Positions 1-12,520 of a DNA stretch of 64,000 nt are shown here, in pieces. Source of the stretch: Octopus sinensis (Eukaryota). The position numbers and the translations under genes were made by a program. The stretch is from the NCBI RefSeq assembly GCF_006345805.1, contig NC_043011.1:42730464-42794463 (forward strand), written 5' to 3'. The stretch's first letter is position 1; every line of letters begins with the position of its first letter. The notes beneath the pieces were generated by a model. The model saw only the letters and a program-made list of their open reading frames with translations. It made no database searches and was not told the origin of the DNA.

Positions 1-78
1 TCCCATTCCCAACCAAATGGTTAAGGGTCAATCAAAGCCTTGTGTATAGATTTCGTACATGAAAACTACAAAAATCCA

Positions 79-116
<38 letters not shown>

Positions 117-120
<4 letters not shown>

Positions 121-291
121 GTTGGCAAGAAGGTAACTTCAGTTTTTTTAGAGTGAAATAAAAGTCAATTTTTTTCATACCAAGAATGAACATTAATCAA
201 TTATATATTTTCCATTTTGTTCGATGACCTTTTGTCATCTTTCTGGCAACTTCATGATTCCACGCTCATAGAATTCCTGTTCTTGAAAAGC
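117..291 (-). mobile_element. mariner transposon 3' end (transposase C-terminus + TIR), decayed
   Basis: Minus strand reads AFQEQEFYERGIMKLPER*QKVIEQNGKYIID*, a typical mariner C-terminus with W mutated to stop. It is followed by a TIR-like end (TTGGGTTGGCAAGAAGGTAAC on +) abutting a TA in the (AT)n run. Confidence 0.85.
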
Positions 292-322
<31 letters not shown>

Positions 323-385
323 TTATGTATGTATGTATGTATGTATGTATGTATGTATGTATGTATGTATGTATGTATGCATGCA
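292..385. repeat. (TATG)n microsatellite
   Basis: Direct reading; source of the YVCM/HTYI ORFs. Confidence 0.95.
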
Positions 386-1980
386 TGCATGTATCTATGG
401 ATGCATGTATGCGCGCGCACACACAGTACACATATAATTCCAATCTTAATCCTTTCATAAAGAGGGATTACTTACTGTAGTGATCACTCTGCGAAAGTTT
501 TGCAATTAATTCATTTCAAGTAAGAAAATGCTGGAGATCGAGGTCAGCTATTGCATATGGCGGAACTACAAAGAAATATTCCACTGAACTTTTGAAATCA
601 ATCAAGACTTGTTTCTACTTTACGAAAAAAAAAAAAAAACGATATAGAAGATCTTTCGATTTGGAATAAGAAGTGAATAAAAACCTACTAGGATGTAAAA
701 TATCTTAGTTATTTAGATAAATGTGCGATGCAGCTACGCCAGTAAATTACACTCGTATAGAAGAAATATGTTGTCTTACTTAGCCGAGCAACATCAGCCA
801 TCAAGAATGCAGACTAAATAATAGTTTTAGAAGATTGTGCCTTCGAGAAAATTTCTAAAAATGCATGGCTCAGAAAAAATATGTCATTGGTTTACAAAAA
901 GAGAGGAATGCTGCTATCATATACACAAGCAGGTGTCATTTACGAAGACAAAAATATATAGAAATTAACAAAGGGTGAAAACATCTAGAAATACAGCTTA
1001 TAGCAAAATTTAAGAACTTCAGTTTTTACTTCAACAACTCTAAATGAAAGAAAGATTATGACTCGAGTCGATTAAAAAAAAAATAATCAGAAATCTAGCG
1101 ACTGGATGTTATCAGTGATCGATCAAATTACTAAAGAACACCGAGCACAGATTGACGCTGCTCACAGTTTTTAGATATTGAATGTCTTACGGTACTGTGC
1201 TGCAATTATCATTTGCCAACAGATGGGAGTGACAAAGATCAATAGAGACGATAACACACAAGTAAAATGGATTAGCTTTTGTTCAAAGCATTTAACAGGC
1301 TACGGAAAAACATTGGACAGTTGTATATTATCGGTTTCAAATTTTGGCACTAGGCAGCAATTTCGGAGAAGTGGTAAGTGGATTACATTCACCCCAGTGC
1401 TCACCTGATCCTTATTTTATCGATTCCGAATGGATGAAAGACAAAGTCGATTTTGGCGGGATTTGTACCAGAAAGTAAAGACGGACGAAATGCCGCATTT
1501 TACCTGGCGTGCTAACGATTCTGCTAGCTCACGACCTTACAATTATATATTATCAGATGCGAAGAGACGACGGCGATCGGGGCAGCTTCGTTAGAGCGTC
1601 GGTAAAAATGCATAACAGCATTTCTTCCGGCTTTACGTTCTGAGTTTGAATTCCACCGAGGTCAACTTTGACTTTCATCCTTTTGGGGTCGATAACATAA
1701 ATACTAGCTGAACTAGTATTTAAACTTGATGATCTTGTGCCAAAATTTCAAATCAATTACATATATCAACATGGTTGTAAATGCTCCTCTCCGAGATGAT
1801 TTGGGGTCCTTCTGGAGAAGGGGAATTGCGAATCTGGTATATAAATAAAGCGTAACGTGGCTAAATAAGTCACAAATTGATTACTATGCAATATTAATTA
1901 AAATTAACCAGGTGAGAATTGATAGTGGATATTGGCATCGGAAGCCAATGATTTACACGAAAGCTCATCTTTTATAATTT

Positions 1981-2433
1981 GTCTTTTACTTATTTCAATC
2001 ATTAGATTGCGGCCATGCCAAAGCACCGTCTTAAAGAATTTTTATCGAAAGAATCGACATCTGTACTTGTTTTTTAAAATAAATCTGGTACCTATTCTAT
2101 GATTCTTTCGCCAGACCGCTTGCTTACATGGTTGTAAACATACCAGTATCGGTTGTAAAGTGGTAGTGGGGTGAGACATACAAAGCCACAAAGACACAGA
2201 CGTACATGCACGCACACACACTCATGCACTCACACACTCACACACTCATGCATACACACACACACACACTCACACACTCATGCACATGCATACGCGACGG
2301 TTTCCTATCAAATCCACTCAGAAGGCTTTGGTCAGGCTATGGTAGAAGACACTTACCCATGGTACCACGTAGTGAGGCTGAACCCGGAACCATGTGGCAG
2401 GGAACCAAGCTTCTTATCACACAACTGTGCCTC
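1981..2433 (-). mobile_element. tRNA-derived SINE, family B (CORE-like, internal (CA)n microsatellite)
   Basis: Homologous to the copies at 14152-14553, 22098-22510, 43078-43455 and 46237-46645. Confidence 0.8.
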
Positions 2434-4548
2434 ATAACTGGTTAAAAGAATAAAACATAAATAATCTATGGACTCTGAATTCGATTCGTTCGACCGATTA
2501 GTATTTGCAACGAGCAACACACTTGGTTAACAACTACGATTCACATGTAACCAGGTTCATAGCATACTTATACGTTGTATATAAACTCCATACTTGCTAC
2601 GTGAACGTGTTTCACCCAAGGTTACTGTGAAACAACTGACGCTGTGCCTGATGAGCAGGCAGAAGTTAAGAAAGGGGTTTGTGGTTGTTCTGAAGAGCTG
2701 CTTGTCAAAAACATGTCCTTAAGGAAGCAGAGAAATATTGCCAAAGTCTATGGACATTGTGACTTCACATATGTATTCTAAAGTCACTGGGTCTTTTTAA
2801 GGTTCCACCTCTTTTAGTCGATTTCATTAAGAGGCACATTACAACATGGGATACTCATCTATCGCAAAGGATTAACGCAATGATATCAACAGAAATGGAT
2901 TATAGACAATATCTGGACTGGATTTCGATTTGGTAGCGAAAACTTCGGTAGCATTGTTGAGGATATGTCAATACTAAGTTTGTGGATCTGCTGTATTCAG
3001 AAATAGTAAAGTCACAAATACATTTTTTGTCACTTACCTGAAGCTACATAAGGTAATATATGATCTGAGTTCAAATCCTGCTGAGATCAACTTTGTTTTC
3101 ATTCTTCTGGAGTCGGTAAAGTATCCGTCAAGAACTGAGTCAATTTAATCGACTGACCCTCCCCTGGAAATTTCTGACTTTGTACCAAAAATAGAAACTA
3201 TTACACTGTGGTGTAACTTGATTTTTGTCCTTGGGTAGCAACTGTTATTTTCTATTTGTTTATCGCTGGAAAGTATGTAAAATGGCTAATATGTGCTTTA
3301 AACTTTGCTTTTGTTACATTTATTAAAACCTCAAAGAATACCTCTCAACACATGGATATGATGGTCACCCACTACTCCTGCTCGTGATCAGAGGTGCACA
3401 TATTGTCAAATACTAAGGAACATGCTCAAGTGGTTAAGGTCAAGCAAATGACAAGCAGAGCAGTGGTATTGAGCAGAATATTTGCTATAGCGATATTTCT
3501 GCTTCAGCAACTCAGTGCAGAATCTGAAATGTAATGGAAAATAGGTCAGTTTGGAAACATTGATGTCCAGGTCACAAAATCAAAGTTTGAAAGGAATAGT
3601 AGTCACTTCCTTTGATTTCTAGATAGAAGCAAAAAGGAAATAACACTTACTGACCAAAGACTAAGAAAAAATATTTGTTACAGTGTTATTTAAGGGTAGT
3701 GGATTGGCAGAATCATTAGACGTTGGAAAAAGGCTATACGTACTGGGGTTGATTTATTCGACTGTTCCCGACCCCACAGTTTTCTGCTCTTGTGCTAGCC
3801 AAACAAAAATGCTTCGTAGCATTTCTTCCGGCTTTACGCTTTGAGTACAAATTCCATCGTGGTCGACTTTGTCTTTTATCCTTTCGGGTTCGATAAAATA
3901 AGTACCAGTTGAGCACTAGGGTCAATGCAATCGACTTGCCCCCTCCCTCAAAATTGCGGACCTTGTGCCAAATCTGAAATCAATATTTCGAAGTTGATAA
4001 AGTAGTAGTCATATATCTGTTTCTGTCTCTTTTTGTCTCTGTCTCTCTCTTTCTCTCCTTCCCTTTCTCTCTTTTAAAAACAGCTACGTTAAAGACACCA
4101 GGGAAACACTGTTCAGATCGCTGGCTTAACAATCCTTTCAACGCCACCTTGTGGACACAAGAAAGAAGTTAAGATAGTAGAGTGTGATTTGAATGAGACT
4201 TTGTTACTACTCTAGCTGTCGAGGTACCACATAGATGTTCCATCAATGTTTGGCACATCTGGACTACCATCCAAAAGCAAGGTTAAGCCGATATTTTCAG
4301 CTGACTAAGCTCACATCCTGCCTATTACTAACAAGTATTTTATGAATTCTGTGTCGATGTTATTGTTATCTAACGCTAAGTCAAACTTGATCGAGCAGAT
4401 TTATGGCTAAAGGCATTCCCGCCGCAAACAAACATCACCTTTTCCCTTTTGCAGTGGAACTAGGGTCATATTATTTAACTTGAAAGTGTCTAGTTTTAAA
4501 ACGGTAGGATGTAATTTGAGGTAGAGTTGACTGCTATTTGTAGCAACC

Positions 4549-4931
4549 TGTGGAGGTGCAATGGCCCAGTGGTTAGGGCAGCGGAATCGCGGTCGGAGGA
4601 TCGCGGTTTCGATTCCCAGACCGGGCATTGTGAGTGTTTATTGAGCAAAAACACCTAAAGCTCCACGAGGCTCCGGCAGGGGGTGGTGGTGAACCCTGCT
4701 GTACTCTTTCACCACAACTTTCTCTCGCTCTTTCTTCCTGTTTCTGTTGTATCTGTATTTCAAAAAGCCAGCCTTGTCACACTCTGTGTCACGCTGAATC
4801 TCCTCGAGAACTACGTTAAGGGTGCACGTGTCTGTGGAGTGCTCAGCCACTTGCACGTTAATATCACGAGCAAGCTGTTCCATTGAAGCTGGGACCCTCA
4901 TCGTCGCAACCGACGGAGTGCTAGGAAGAAG
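4549..4931 (+). mobile_element. tRNA-derived SINE, family C, with 13-bp TSD
   Basis: A box TGGCCCAGTGG and B box GGTTTCGATTCC; TSD ATTTGTAGCAACC at 4536-4548 and 4932-4944; second copy at 38463-38750. Confidence 0.9.
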
Positions 4932-5993
4932 ATTTGTAGCAACCAGCGTGAAACTCCCTCATTCGTCTGAATTCCACGGGGGTTAGAAATATGAGTTACA
5001 GCGGGGAAGCATTAAGGTTGTTGTTGCTATTGATGCTTAGTTACAGATCAGCTGTGATTAAGCTGACCCATGATCGAAAGCATTGCAATTGTGACCATCA
5101 TATTTTTCTTATGTGAACTGAGCACAGTTGCACGCGGTGCAATGTGTTCATTTTCTGTAAGACAATATAACAGGTTTTGATAGGAATTTGGGTGCTGTTT
5201 CCAGCAGGCTAGGTAACCATGTAGTGACTGCCTCGTTGTCTCGAGAAAGTATGGATCATGTGATATGCTGGGATTTGAACACAAGATCATTGTATCGATT
5301 TCTCATATAGTTAAGCGGCTACAAATTTGCAGATAGGTATGGTCGATAAAATCAGCCTCAGCATTTGACTGTTACTTATTATAACTGAACCTAGAGGGAT
5401 GAGAGACAGACATTGATCTAGCCGGGATTTGAACTTAAAGCAAAGGAACATAATTATTAATACTGCATAATATTTTGACGGCTGCACTATTAATTCTACC
5501 ATCCACAATTACTTTAGTAACACTATAATATCAGCAAACTTGTTCTCGAAAGCACTCACATCAACTATTACCTCGATACAGATTAGATTAACAGAAATTA
5601 AATCCGAACCAATATTCCGCGCACCGTCAGTTATCGGCGTAAAAATATTAAACTAATTAGAAAGGAACGTTAATGAAGATTTAGAAATCAATTAAGATTG
5701 AGAAGGATAATAGAAATGAAACCGAGACTAATAACTTTTCGAGAAAGTGTGTGAGTGTAAATAAGGCTGTTATGCCGTAGGGAGAAGAGGAAGTTGTCAT
5801 ATCGTGGCTCTCTTTTAGTTTAAGTGAAAAAAATACGTATTTATTTTCCTTTTATAGAATAAAATTTTCTACAAAAAAAAAAAAAAAATCAACAACTTCT
5901 TTTCTGGAAGAATAATTGTCCCTAAATATTGATATTTCTTTCTCTCTCATTCCCACTTCTTCCTACCTACACTTACGAAATTCTTCCTATATA

Positions 5994-6411
5994 TATTTCT
6001 TTATTGCCCACAAGGGGCTAAACATAGAGGGGACAAACAAGGACAGACAAAGAGATTAAGTCGATTACATCGACCCCAGTGCGTATCTGGTACTTTATTT
6101 ATCGACCCCAAAAGGATGAAAGGCAAAATCGACCTCGGCGGAATTTGAACTCAGAACGTAATGGCAGACGAAATACCTGTTTCTTTACTACCCACAAAGG
6201 GCTAAACACAGAGGGGACAAGCAAGGACAGACAAACGGATTAAGTGGATTACATCGACCCAGTACGTAACTGGTACTTAATTTATCGACCCCGAAAGGAT
6301 GAAAGGCAAAGTCGACCTCGGCGAAATTTGAACTCAGAACGTAACGGCAGACGAAATACCGCTAAGCATTTCGCCCGGCGCGTTAACGTTTCTGCCAGCT
6401 CGCCGCCTTAC
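5994..6411 (-). mobile_element. Family A SINE head-to-tail dimer (full copy + 5'-truncated copy) in one TSD
   Basis: A/B-box head TGGCAGAAACG...GAGTTCAAATT; central GCCTTTCATCCTTTCGGGGTCGATAAA domain present twice; TSD TTCTTCCTATATA at 5981-5993 and 6412-6424. Confidence 0.9.
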
Positions 6412-6574
6412 TTCTTCCTATATAGTTAACTAAATATATTTCCTTATATATTTGCCGCCACTTTCCACGGACTCATTCATTTTACTTTTCTGACACTCGA
6501 ATGCTCGTATAATCATCTCCTCTCAAAATTGCTGGCCTTGTGTCTAAATCAGAAATCATTAGGGTTATTAGGAA

Positions 6575-6983
6575 TAAAGCGATGAGCTGGCAGAATCGTT
6601 AGCACGTCGACTTAACTTTCAACCTTTTAGAGACTGATAAAATAAGTACCAGTGAAACACTGGGGTCTATGTAATCGAATAGTCCCCCCCCAAAAAATTT
6701 ATGGCTTTGTGCCTATAGTAGAAAGGATTATTATTGTTTTTTTTTTTTTGAAAGGCGGTGCCCTGGCAGAATCGTTAGCACGCCGGACAAAATACTTAGC
6801 TGCATTTCGTCCGTCTTCACATTCTGAGTTCAAATCCAGCCTAGGTCGACTTTGGTTTTCATCCTTTCGGTGTCGATCAAATAAGCACCAGTTGAACACT
6901 GGAGTCGGTGTAATCGACTAGTCCCATCCTCCAAAATATCAGGCCTTGTGTCTATTGTAGGAAGGATCATCATCATCATTATT

Positions 6984-7025
<42 letters not shown>

Positions 7026-7200
7026 TAAAGCGGCGAGCTAGCAAAATCGTTAGCAAACAATACAAAATGTTTAGCAGCGTTTCGTTCGTACTCACGTTTC
7101 ATCCTTTACCTTTCATCCTTCCGGAGTCGATGACATAAATACGAGATGAAGACCGGGGTCGAGTTAATCGACTTAACCCCTCTCCCAAATTTGAAACTCC
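6575..7200 (+). mobile_element. Three tandem degenerate SINEs (family A head/core, alternative 3' tail)
   Basis: Heads at ~6580, ~6755 and ~7030 share head and central domain with family A. The first two end in ...GGCC/TTTGTG..TAT..TAG.AAGGAT(T/C) plus (ATT)/(CAT)n; the third is truncated into a (TCC)n run. Confidence 0.75.
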
Positions 7201-7283
7201 TACTTTTATCCTCCTCCTCCTCCTCCTCCCTCCTCCTCCTCCTCCTCCTCCTCCTCTCCTCCTCCTCCTCATCATCATCATCA

Positions 7284-7321
<38 letters not shown>

Positions 7322-7734
7322 TGTTTAGGTTGTCCACAAATTGCTGATGGCGTATTTCGGTTCTCGCTGTTGGCGAGTTTTTGACTTCCCTTTTCCAAGA
7401 ATTTTCGTAAGACGATATATTTTTACGTACTTAATTGCCTTTTCACAAAAGTGCAAACATTTTTATTCAATTAATTTTCATTCCATTTTGAAAAGTAGAG
7501 AATCTACAGAACATTTTATTTCCGTTTAGTTCAACTCAGATGACGTTTGTTATTAACACGTTTTTCAAGTGTTCGGATTACTAGTTTACTAGTCATCGAT
7601 TAATATTTTTAGATGCATAACTATTTTACATAGAAAGTAAATTTTTTATTAAATTGTTTTTCATAAATTAACTTTCAGCTTTTTAGTACATTCATTTGGT
7701 TTTGCTTTGTATTTTTGCCTCGACCTAAATCATT

Positions 7735-7827
7735 ATGGCGCCAAGTGATTCAAGCAACTCCACCATCACCCGCAAGAAAAGAAAAACATACAAAAATTTC
7801 GAAGAACATAAGTGGAAATACATGAAT
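7735..7827 (+). CDS. Candidate first coding exon of an unidentified gene (MAPSDSSNSTITRKKRKTYKNFEEHKWKYMN)
   Basis: Acceptor TTAACTTTCAG at 7668-7678, ATG in TCATTATGG context, donor AAT|GTATGT at 7828; non-repetitive sequence; no homology recognised. Confidence 0.3.
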
Positions 7828-8826
7828 GTATGTTTGGTTGCTAGGCAACCAAATACATTCTCAGACACTGAAAATGTTAATTTAAGAAGTCTTACTGGCA
7901 ACAAGAAAAAAACAAAAACAAAAACAACAACAACACTATATACATACAGGTTTGACCAAAAATCGACTGACAGTAAATCAAAATCATTTAATTCCAAGAT
8001 TTATTTATTTTTAACAATTGAATGAATTTAATAAAAGCTTCTAAATATGAAACATCATGAAAATTATTCAAACTGAAATCCTTCTTGACCGACACATTTT
8101 TCCATTCGAGTCAATACAAAATTACAGATAGTATTTCTGGAATTTTGATTTACTTTCGGATGACTTTTGGCCAACCCTGTATAATCCTTTCTACTATACG
8201 CATGGAGCCCGAAATTTGTGGGGAGGGGTATAACGATTACATAGACCCGAGCGTTCAAGTGGTACTTGTTTCACCTCTCTCTGGAAGAATGGAAGGCAAA
8301 GTCGACCTCGGCGGAATTTGAACACAGAAGGGATAAAAGATAAAGTCGAACACGGGGAAATTAAACTAACGATTCTTCCAATTAGCTACCACCACCATCA
8401 CCACAACACGAGAAAAGAAAGGACACAAGTCCTGAAATTTTTTACGAGGTGTTAGGTTGATTATATCGACCTCAGTACTCAACTGCTACTTAATTTATCG
8501 ACCCTGGAAGGGCCTTTTTTCTTTTCTTTTTTCTTTTCATTTTATTTTTCTCCTTCCTCTTTCTTTTTCTTTTTGCTAGTTGTAAACTTGAAAATTGAAG
8601 TCCGATGATGTGATTCCGTTAACGTGGGAACGCAAGCTGCCCTCGTTCAAAATTTTGAATTTGAATTTCTATATTTTTGAATTTCTATGTATCACTTTTC
8701 ATTTTGAACTCGGCAAAGACAGGCAAGCTGTCGAAATATCTTTCAAATTAATAAAATATCTATTGCAACCGCATCGCGCTCTTCGTATTGGCTATTCGGC
8801 TTTATGAAGAGTTGTGTCAATCCTTT

Positions 8827-8839
8827 TAACTACTACTAC

Positions 8840-8904
<65 letters not shown>

Positions 8905-8905
8905 T
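8827..8905. repeat. (ACT)n microsatellite
   Basis: Direct reading. Confidence 0.95.
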
Positions 8906-8929
8906 TAATGATAATAATAATAATAAAAC

Positions 8930-9517
8930 CTACCTACCTACATGCATATATCAAGGCCTATTCCCCATTTTTAGAAGGGGGGAGGCGGTAGCCACAAGAC
9001 ACACCAGGCATTCCATTCATTACCCAGCTCAAAGAGGCGAGTCCCGTCCTGTGCTCGGGTCAAGGCATAGAACGCGTCCCCCAATATCAGCAGCGGGGCT
9101 CGACAGCATATGCTGGCTTACCCCCGCTGCACCATGGCTTGTTCCGTGTCCCTTTCAGCAACATCAAATTCACTCATCCGTCCACAAACATTCTCCAAGT
9201 TTTTCCATCTTGTATAAACTCTCTTGCCTCTCCCACTCCAACACTCTAACCACCAAAGCCTCCTCATTCCATCCATCCATCCACACAAACTGAGGTTTGC
9301 CTCTGATTCTGCTGCCTACCACTTCAGCCTTCATCATCCACCTAACCATCCGCTCCTCATCCATCCTCTTCATGTGACCAAATCACCTCAACATTGGTCT
9401 GGCCATTTTGGTTGTTAGTTTTTCTCTCATTCCTGCTCGCCTTCGCACCACATCATTCCTCAGGCCGTCCATCCGTGTCACACCAACCATAGCCCTTAAG
9501 CATCTCATCTCAAACAA
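8930..9517 (-). mobile_element. RTE-clade LINE 3' end (ORF C-terminus + 3' UTR, (GTAG)n tail)
   Basis: Minus strand LFEMRCLRAMVGVTRMDGLRNDVVRRRAGM...LR*FGHMKRMDEERMVRWMMKAEVVGSRIRGKPQFVWMD, typical RTE C-terminus. Confidence 0.85.
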
Positions 9518-9519
9518 TA

Positions 9520-9660
9520 ATATTCAGCAAGGATTTTGAGACGAGTACTTGGAGGTTAAGTATTGTGGAAGACCTTGTGAAACCCTTGACAAAAGGTTGT
9601 TGTCCACTCTTACAGAAATAGCTGGAGCAAGCAAAATCAAGAGTTCTGAGAAATGTACAA
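9520..9660 (+). mobile_element. 3' tip of an R4/Dong-like RLE LINE
   Basis: (S)ARILRRVLGG* terminal peptide, short UTR, then (AAC)n/(AAT)n tail. Confidence 0.45.
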
Positions 9661-10363
9661 CAACAACAAGAACAAGAACAACAACAAAGACGACGATAAT
9701 AATAAGTATAATTAATACCATAGATACAGTATCAAGTATTTTGGCGGGAGAGAACAATCGATTAGATACACGTCAGTATTCGGCAGTTACTTTCATCGAA
9801 CCCAGGATGATGAAAAGCAAAGTTGTCTCCGGTGGGATTTCAAGTTAGAACAACTAAATACCGCAAGGCATACATTGTTCGATTTCCTCCTCGCAATGGT
9901 TACAAAATAATAACAGCAATTTTCTTTTTTACTCATATATGGTTCTTTATCTCTATTTTCTTCCAGAAATATTTCTATAATTCTACAATAATTTCCTTTT
10001 TGCCTACGGTTACTATCTCTTTATATTTCCATAAATATAAAATATAATCCTTCATTGTCGCTCACAATGCTGTTATTATTATTTCTTTGTGGTATTTTTT
10101 TCTTTTAATCCACTTTTGCTGATTCTCATCATTCCAAGTTGAATATTTTATGAATGAAACCAGCTCCTGGAACAATTGTGTTATTGGATACCTCGTTTAT
10201 AGTATTAGTATTAGATAAGGTTTTTGTTTTTATCAGGATTTAATCTTTAAAAAAACCACTATTATTACCATCAGCACCGTCACAACTGCCGCCGCCAACA
10301 CCTCCTACTCCCACCCCCACCGCCGCCGCCGCCGCATCTTTTTGCAATTGGCCTCTTTGACAG

Positions 10364-10483
10364 AGCTGTCACCTTGGATAAAAAAAATGACCAAGACAGA
10401 GAACCAGGCGTCTGGCATATTAGGAGCACATCGGCAAATGCGGTTGGTGGAAGTCCTACGCTAACATACATAAGGAACTTGTG
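10364..10483 (+). CDS. Candidate 120-nt internal exon (AVTLDKKNDQDREPGVWHIRSTSANAVGGSPTLTYIRNL)
   Basis: Pyrimidine tract + TTTGACAG acceptor, GTG|GTAAGA donor, length divisible by 3, one open frame; no homology recognised. Confidence 0.25.
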
Positions 10484-10988
10484 GTAAGAAAGCACAACGA
10501 GGTTCTTAGAGAAATTTTGTTTATCAATGAGTACGAACTAGTTGGTCTGGCATGTTACTGAACGGCACTTCGGATTCGAGATTCAGAAGAGTTATTAAAC
10601 GAGATCCCCTGTGATGGGCTACGAATCACGAGGCTGTTTTGCGATGATGAAGAAGGAGTAGAAAAGAGAGAGCGGAAAAGCAAACAAACGGCAAAAAGTA
10701 AAAAAAGAAGAAAAAAGCAGAAGGCATAGAAGAAAAGAAATGAACACAAATTTGTGACAGATAGGGTGCACAGGAGGACAGCGAGAGATTCACGGGTGCT
10801 TGAATTACGGAGGAGTTCCAGATAGAGCTTCTGAACCACTACGTGGATAATATGTTAATTGAAGATGAGAAACATTGACCCCAAAATAGGAACCAGGAGC
10901 GGAAGGGTTTGCGAGAGCTTTAATCCAAGCGGAAGTTTCTCACCGGCGTGAAAGTGACGGGATCTAACTTGAATTTTAATAATTATAT

Positions 10989-11023
<35 letters not shown>

Positions 11024-11159
11024 CAATTGTGATAAATTATATTCCAAAGAGCACGCTTATCACAGTCATTGTGCTTATATAACAGTATATTTATTCCTAT
11101 CTTTTTAAAATCCATGTGTAACTCGTTGTACGGAGAGATCTTGATGGCCAATAAATCAA

Positions 11160-11171
11160 ATCATCATCACC

Positions 11172-11233
<62 letters not shown>

Positions 11234-11250
11234 CATCGTCATCGTCGTCG

Positions 11251-11283
<33 letters not shown>

Positions 11284-11315
11284 GTGTCGTTGTCGTCGTC
11301 ATCATCATTGTTGTT
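11160..11315. repeat. (CAT)n/(CGT)n microsatellite
   Basis: Direct reading; source of the poly-His/poly-Met ORFs. Confidence 0.95.
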
Positions 11316-12039
11316 GTTATTCTTTTTGCTGCATTTTTTTTTTTGCTGTTGTTGTGCTTTGCTGTGTTAGCTAGAAATGTCACGCATGAATCACGTGTTT
11401 GGGGTACATTTTGGATGTTGTACCGTGTAGAAAACATTACAAAGAAAGGTGAGAATATTTTCAACTTTTTGCCACTTTTGAACAAAAAAATAAATAAAAA
11501 GATAAGAAATTTTTTTTTTTAAATAAAAAGGAAGAAAATATATTGTTGAACACTTTTTGATCTAACCAACAATCAAAAGAAAATGTTGACGAGAGAAAGA
11601 GAGAGAGAGGGGTGGGAGAGGGAGAGAAGAGGAATAGAAGAATAAAGAGAGGCAACGATCCTTTAAAATAATAAATGTCTATGGCGGTTGCACAAAGAAA
11701 AACATGAAATGGTCAAAAATACAGCACATATTCTGAAACTAAATATATCAACCACAACAGTAACAACATCAACAATAAACGTACCACATGGCTTATACTT
11801 TGTTAAATAACGGTAAGTCTATACATTTTCATTATAGCAATATGAATGGAAGGACAGACTCGTGCGATTTGCAATAAACGAATTTTGGATATGATGCTTT
11901 TAGATGAAAGGGAATGGTATCACACACTTGGTTAATAAAGCGAGTACTACGTGAGCAACCAGTTGTAGCCAGCAGCCCTTGTATATGCATGCACTCAGAT
12001 TTCAAATATCGGAGGCAGAAGGGCATATGGCACTCAATG

Positions 12040-12520
12040 AAGATTAAGCTGGAATGGACACTCTACCTCACGAGGGTCGCTCTTGCGGATAACCGTCTCC
12101 GCCCCGATAGCGGTGAGCAGAGATATAGTCCGGGGTCCAAGAACGTCGGAGGTCTCCACTGCCACAGGCTCGACCATGAACTTGTCATAGAGCGACCGAT
12201 ACCGTGACAGTTTGCTTTTCTCAACCTGACGAGCAGCGGAGCCTGGGGGTGGTAGCTGAACAGACAGTATAGACGGCGAGTTGGCAGAAACGTTAGCACG
12301 CCGGGCGAAATGCGTAACCGTATTTCGTCTGTCGTTACGTTCTGAGTTCAAATTCCGCCGAGGTCGACTTTGCCTTTCATCCTTTCGGGGTCGATAAATT
12401 AAGTACCAGTTACGCACTGGGGTCGATGTAATCGACTTAATACCTACGTCTGTCCTTGTTTGTTCTCTCTATGTTTAGCCCCTTGTGGGTAATAAAGAAA
12501 TAAGTATAGCTTGATGCGAC
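12040..12520 (-). mobile_element. CRE-clade-like non-LTR retrotransposon RLE C-terminal remnant, interrupted by a SINE
   Basis: Removing the SINE and one TSD gives VASSYTVCSATTPGSAARQVEKSKLSRYRSLYDKFMVEPVAVETSDVLGPRTISLLTAIG...SDPRE (one frameshift). This matches the recalled CRE pattern GSAA..AE..K..KY..L...F.P.AVET.G.LG. Confidence 0.7.
12274..12501 (+). mobile_element. Family A tRNA-derived SINE, full length
   Basis: A/B boxes, central domain, tail ...GCCCCTTGTGGGTAATAAAGAAAT; short TSD AGTATAG on both sides. Confidence 0.9.

Noticed and set aside
1100-1260. LNVLRYCAAIIICQQMGV resembling the R4-clade N-terminal region
   Set aside because: A single short motif without supporting neighbouring motifs
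2645-2675. CTGATGAG motif as a hammerhead core (also 33751-33800)
   Set aside because: No stem II closed directly by GAAA and no pairing stem I/cleavage triplet
4549-4625. tRNA-like sequences here and at 14152, 36047, 38463 and 39540-39612
   Set aside because: SINE heads: A/B boxes are present but there is no complete cloverleaf/acceptor stem, and they run into SINE bodies
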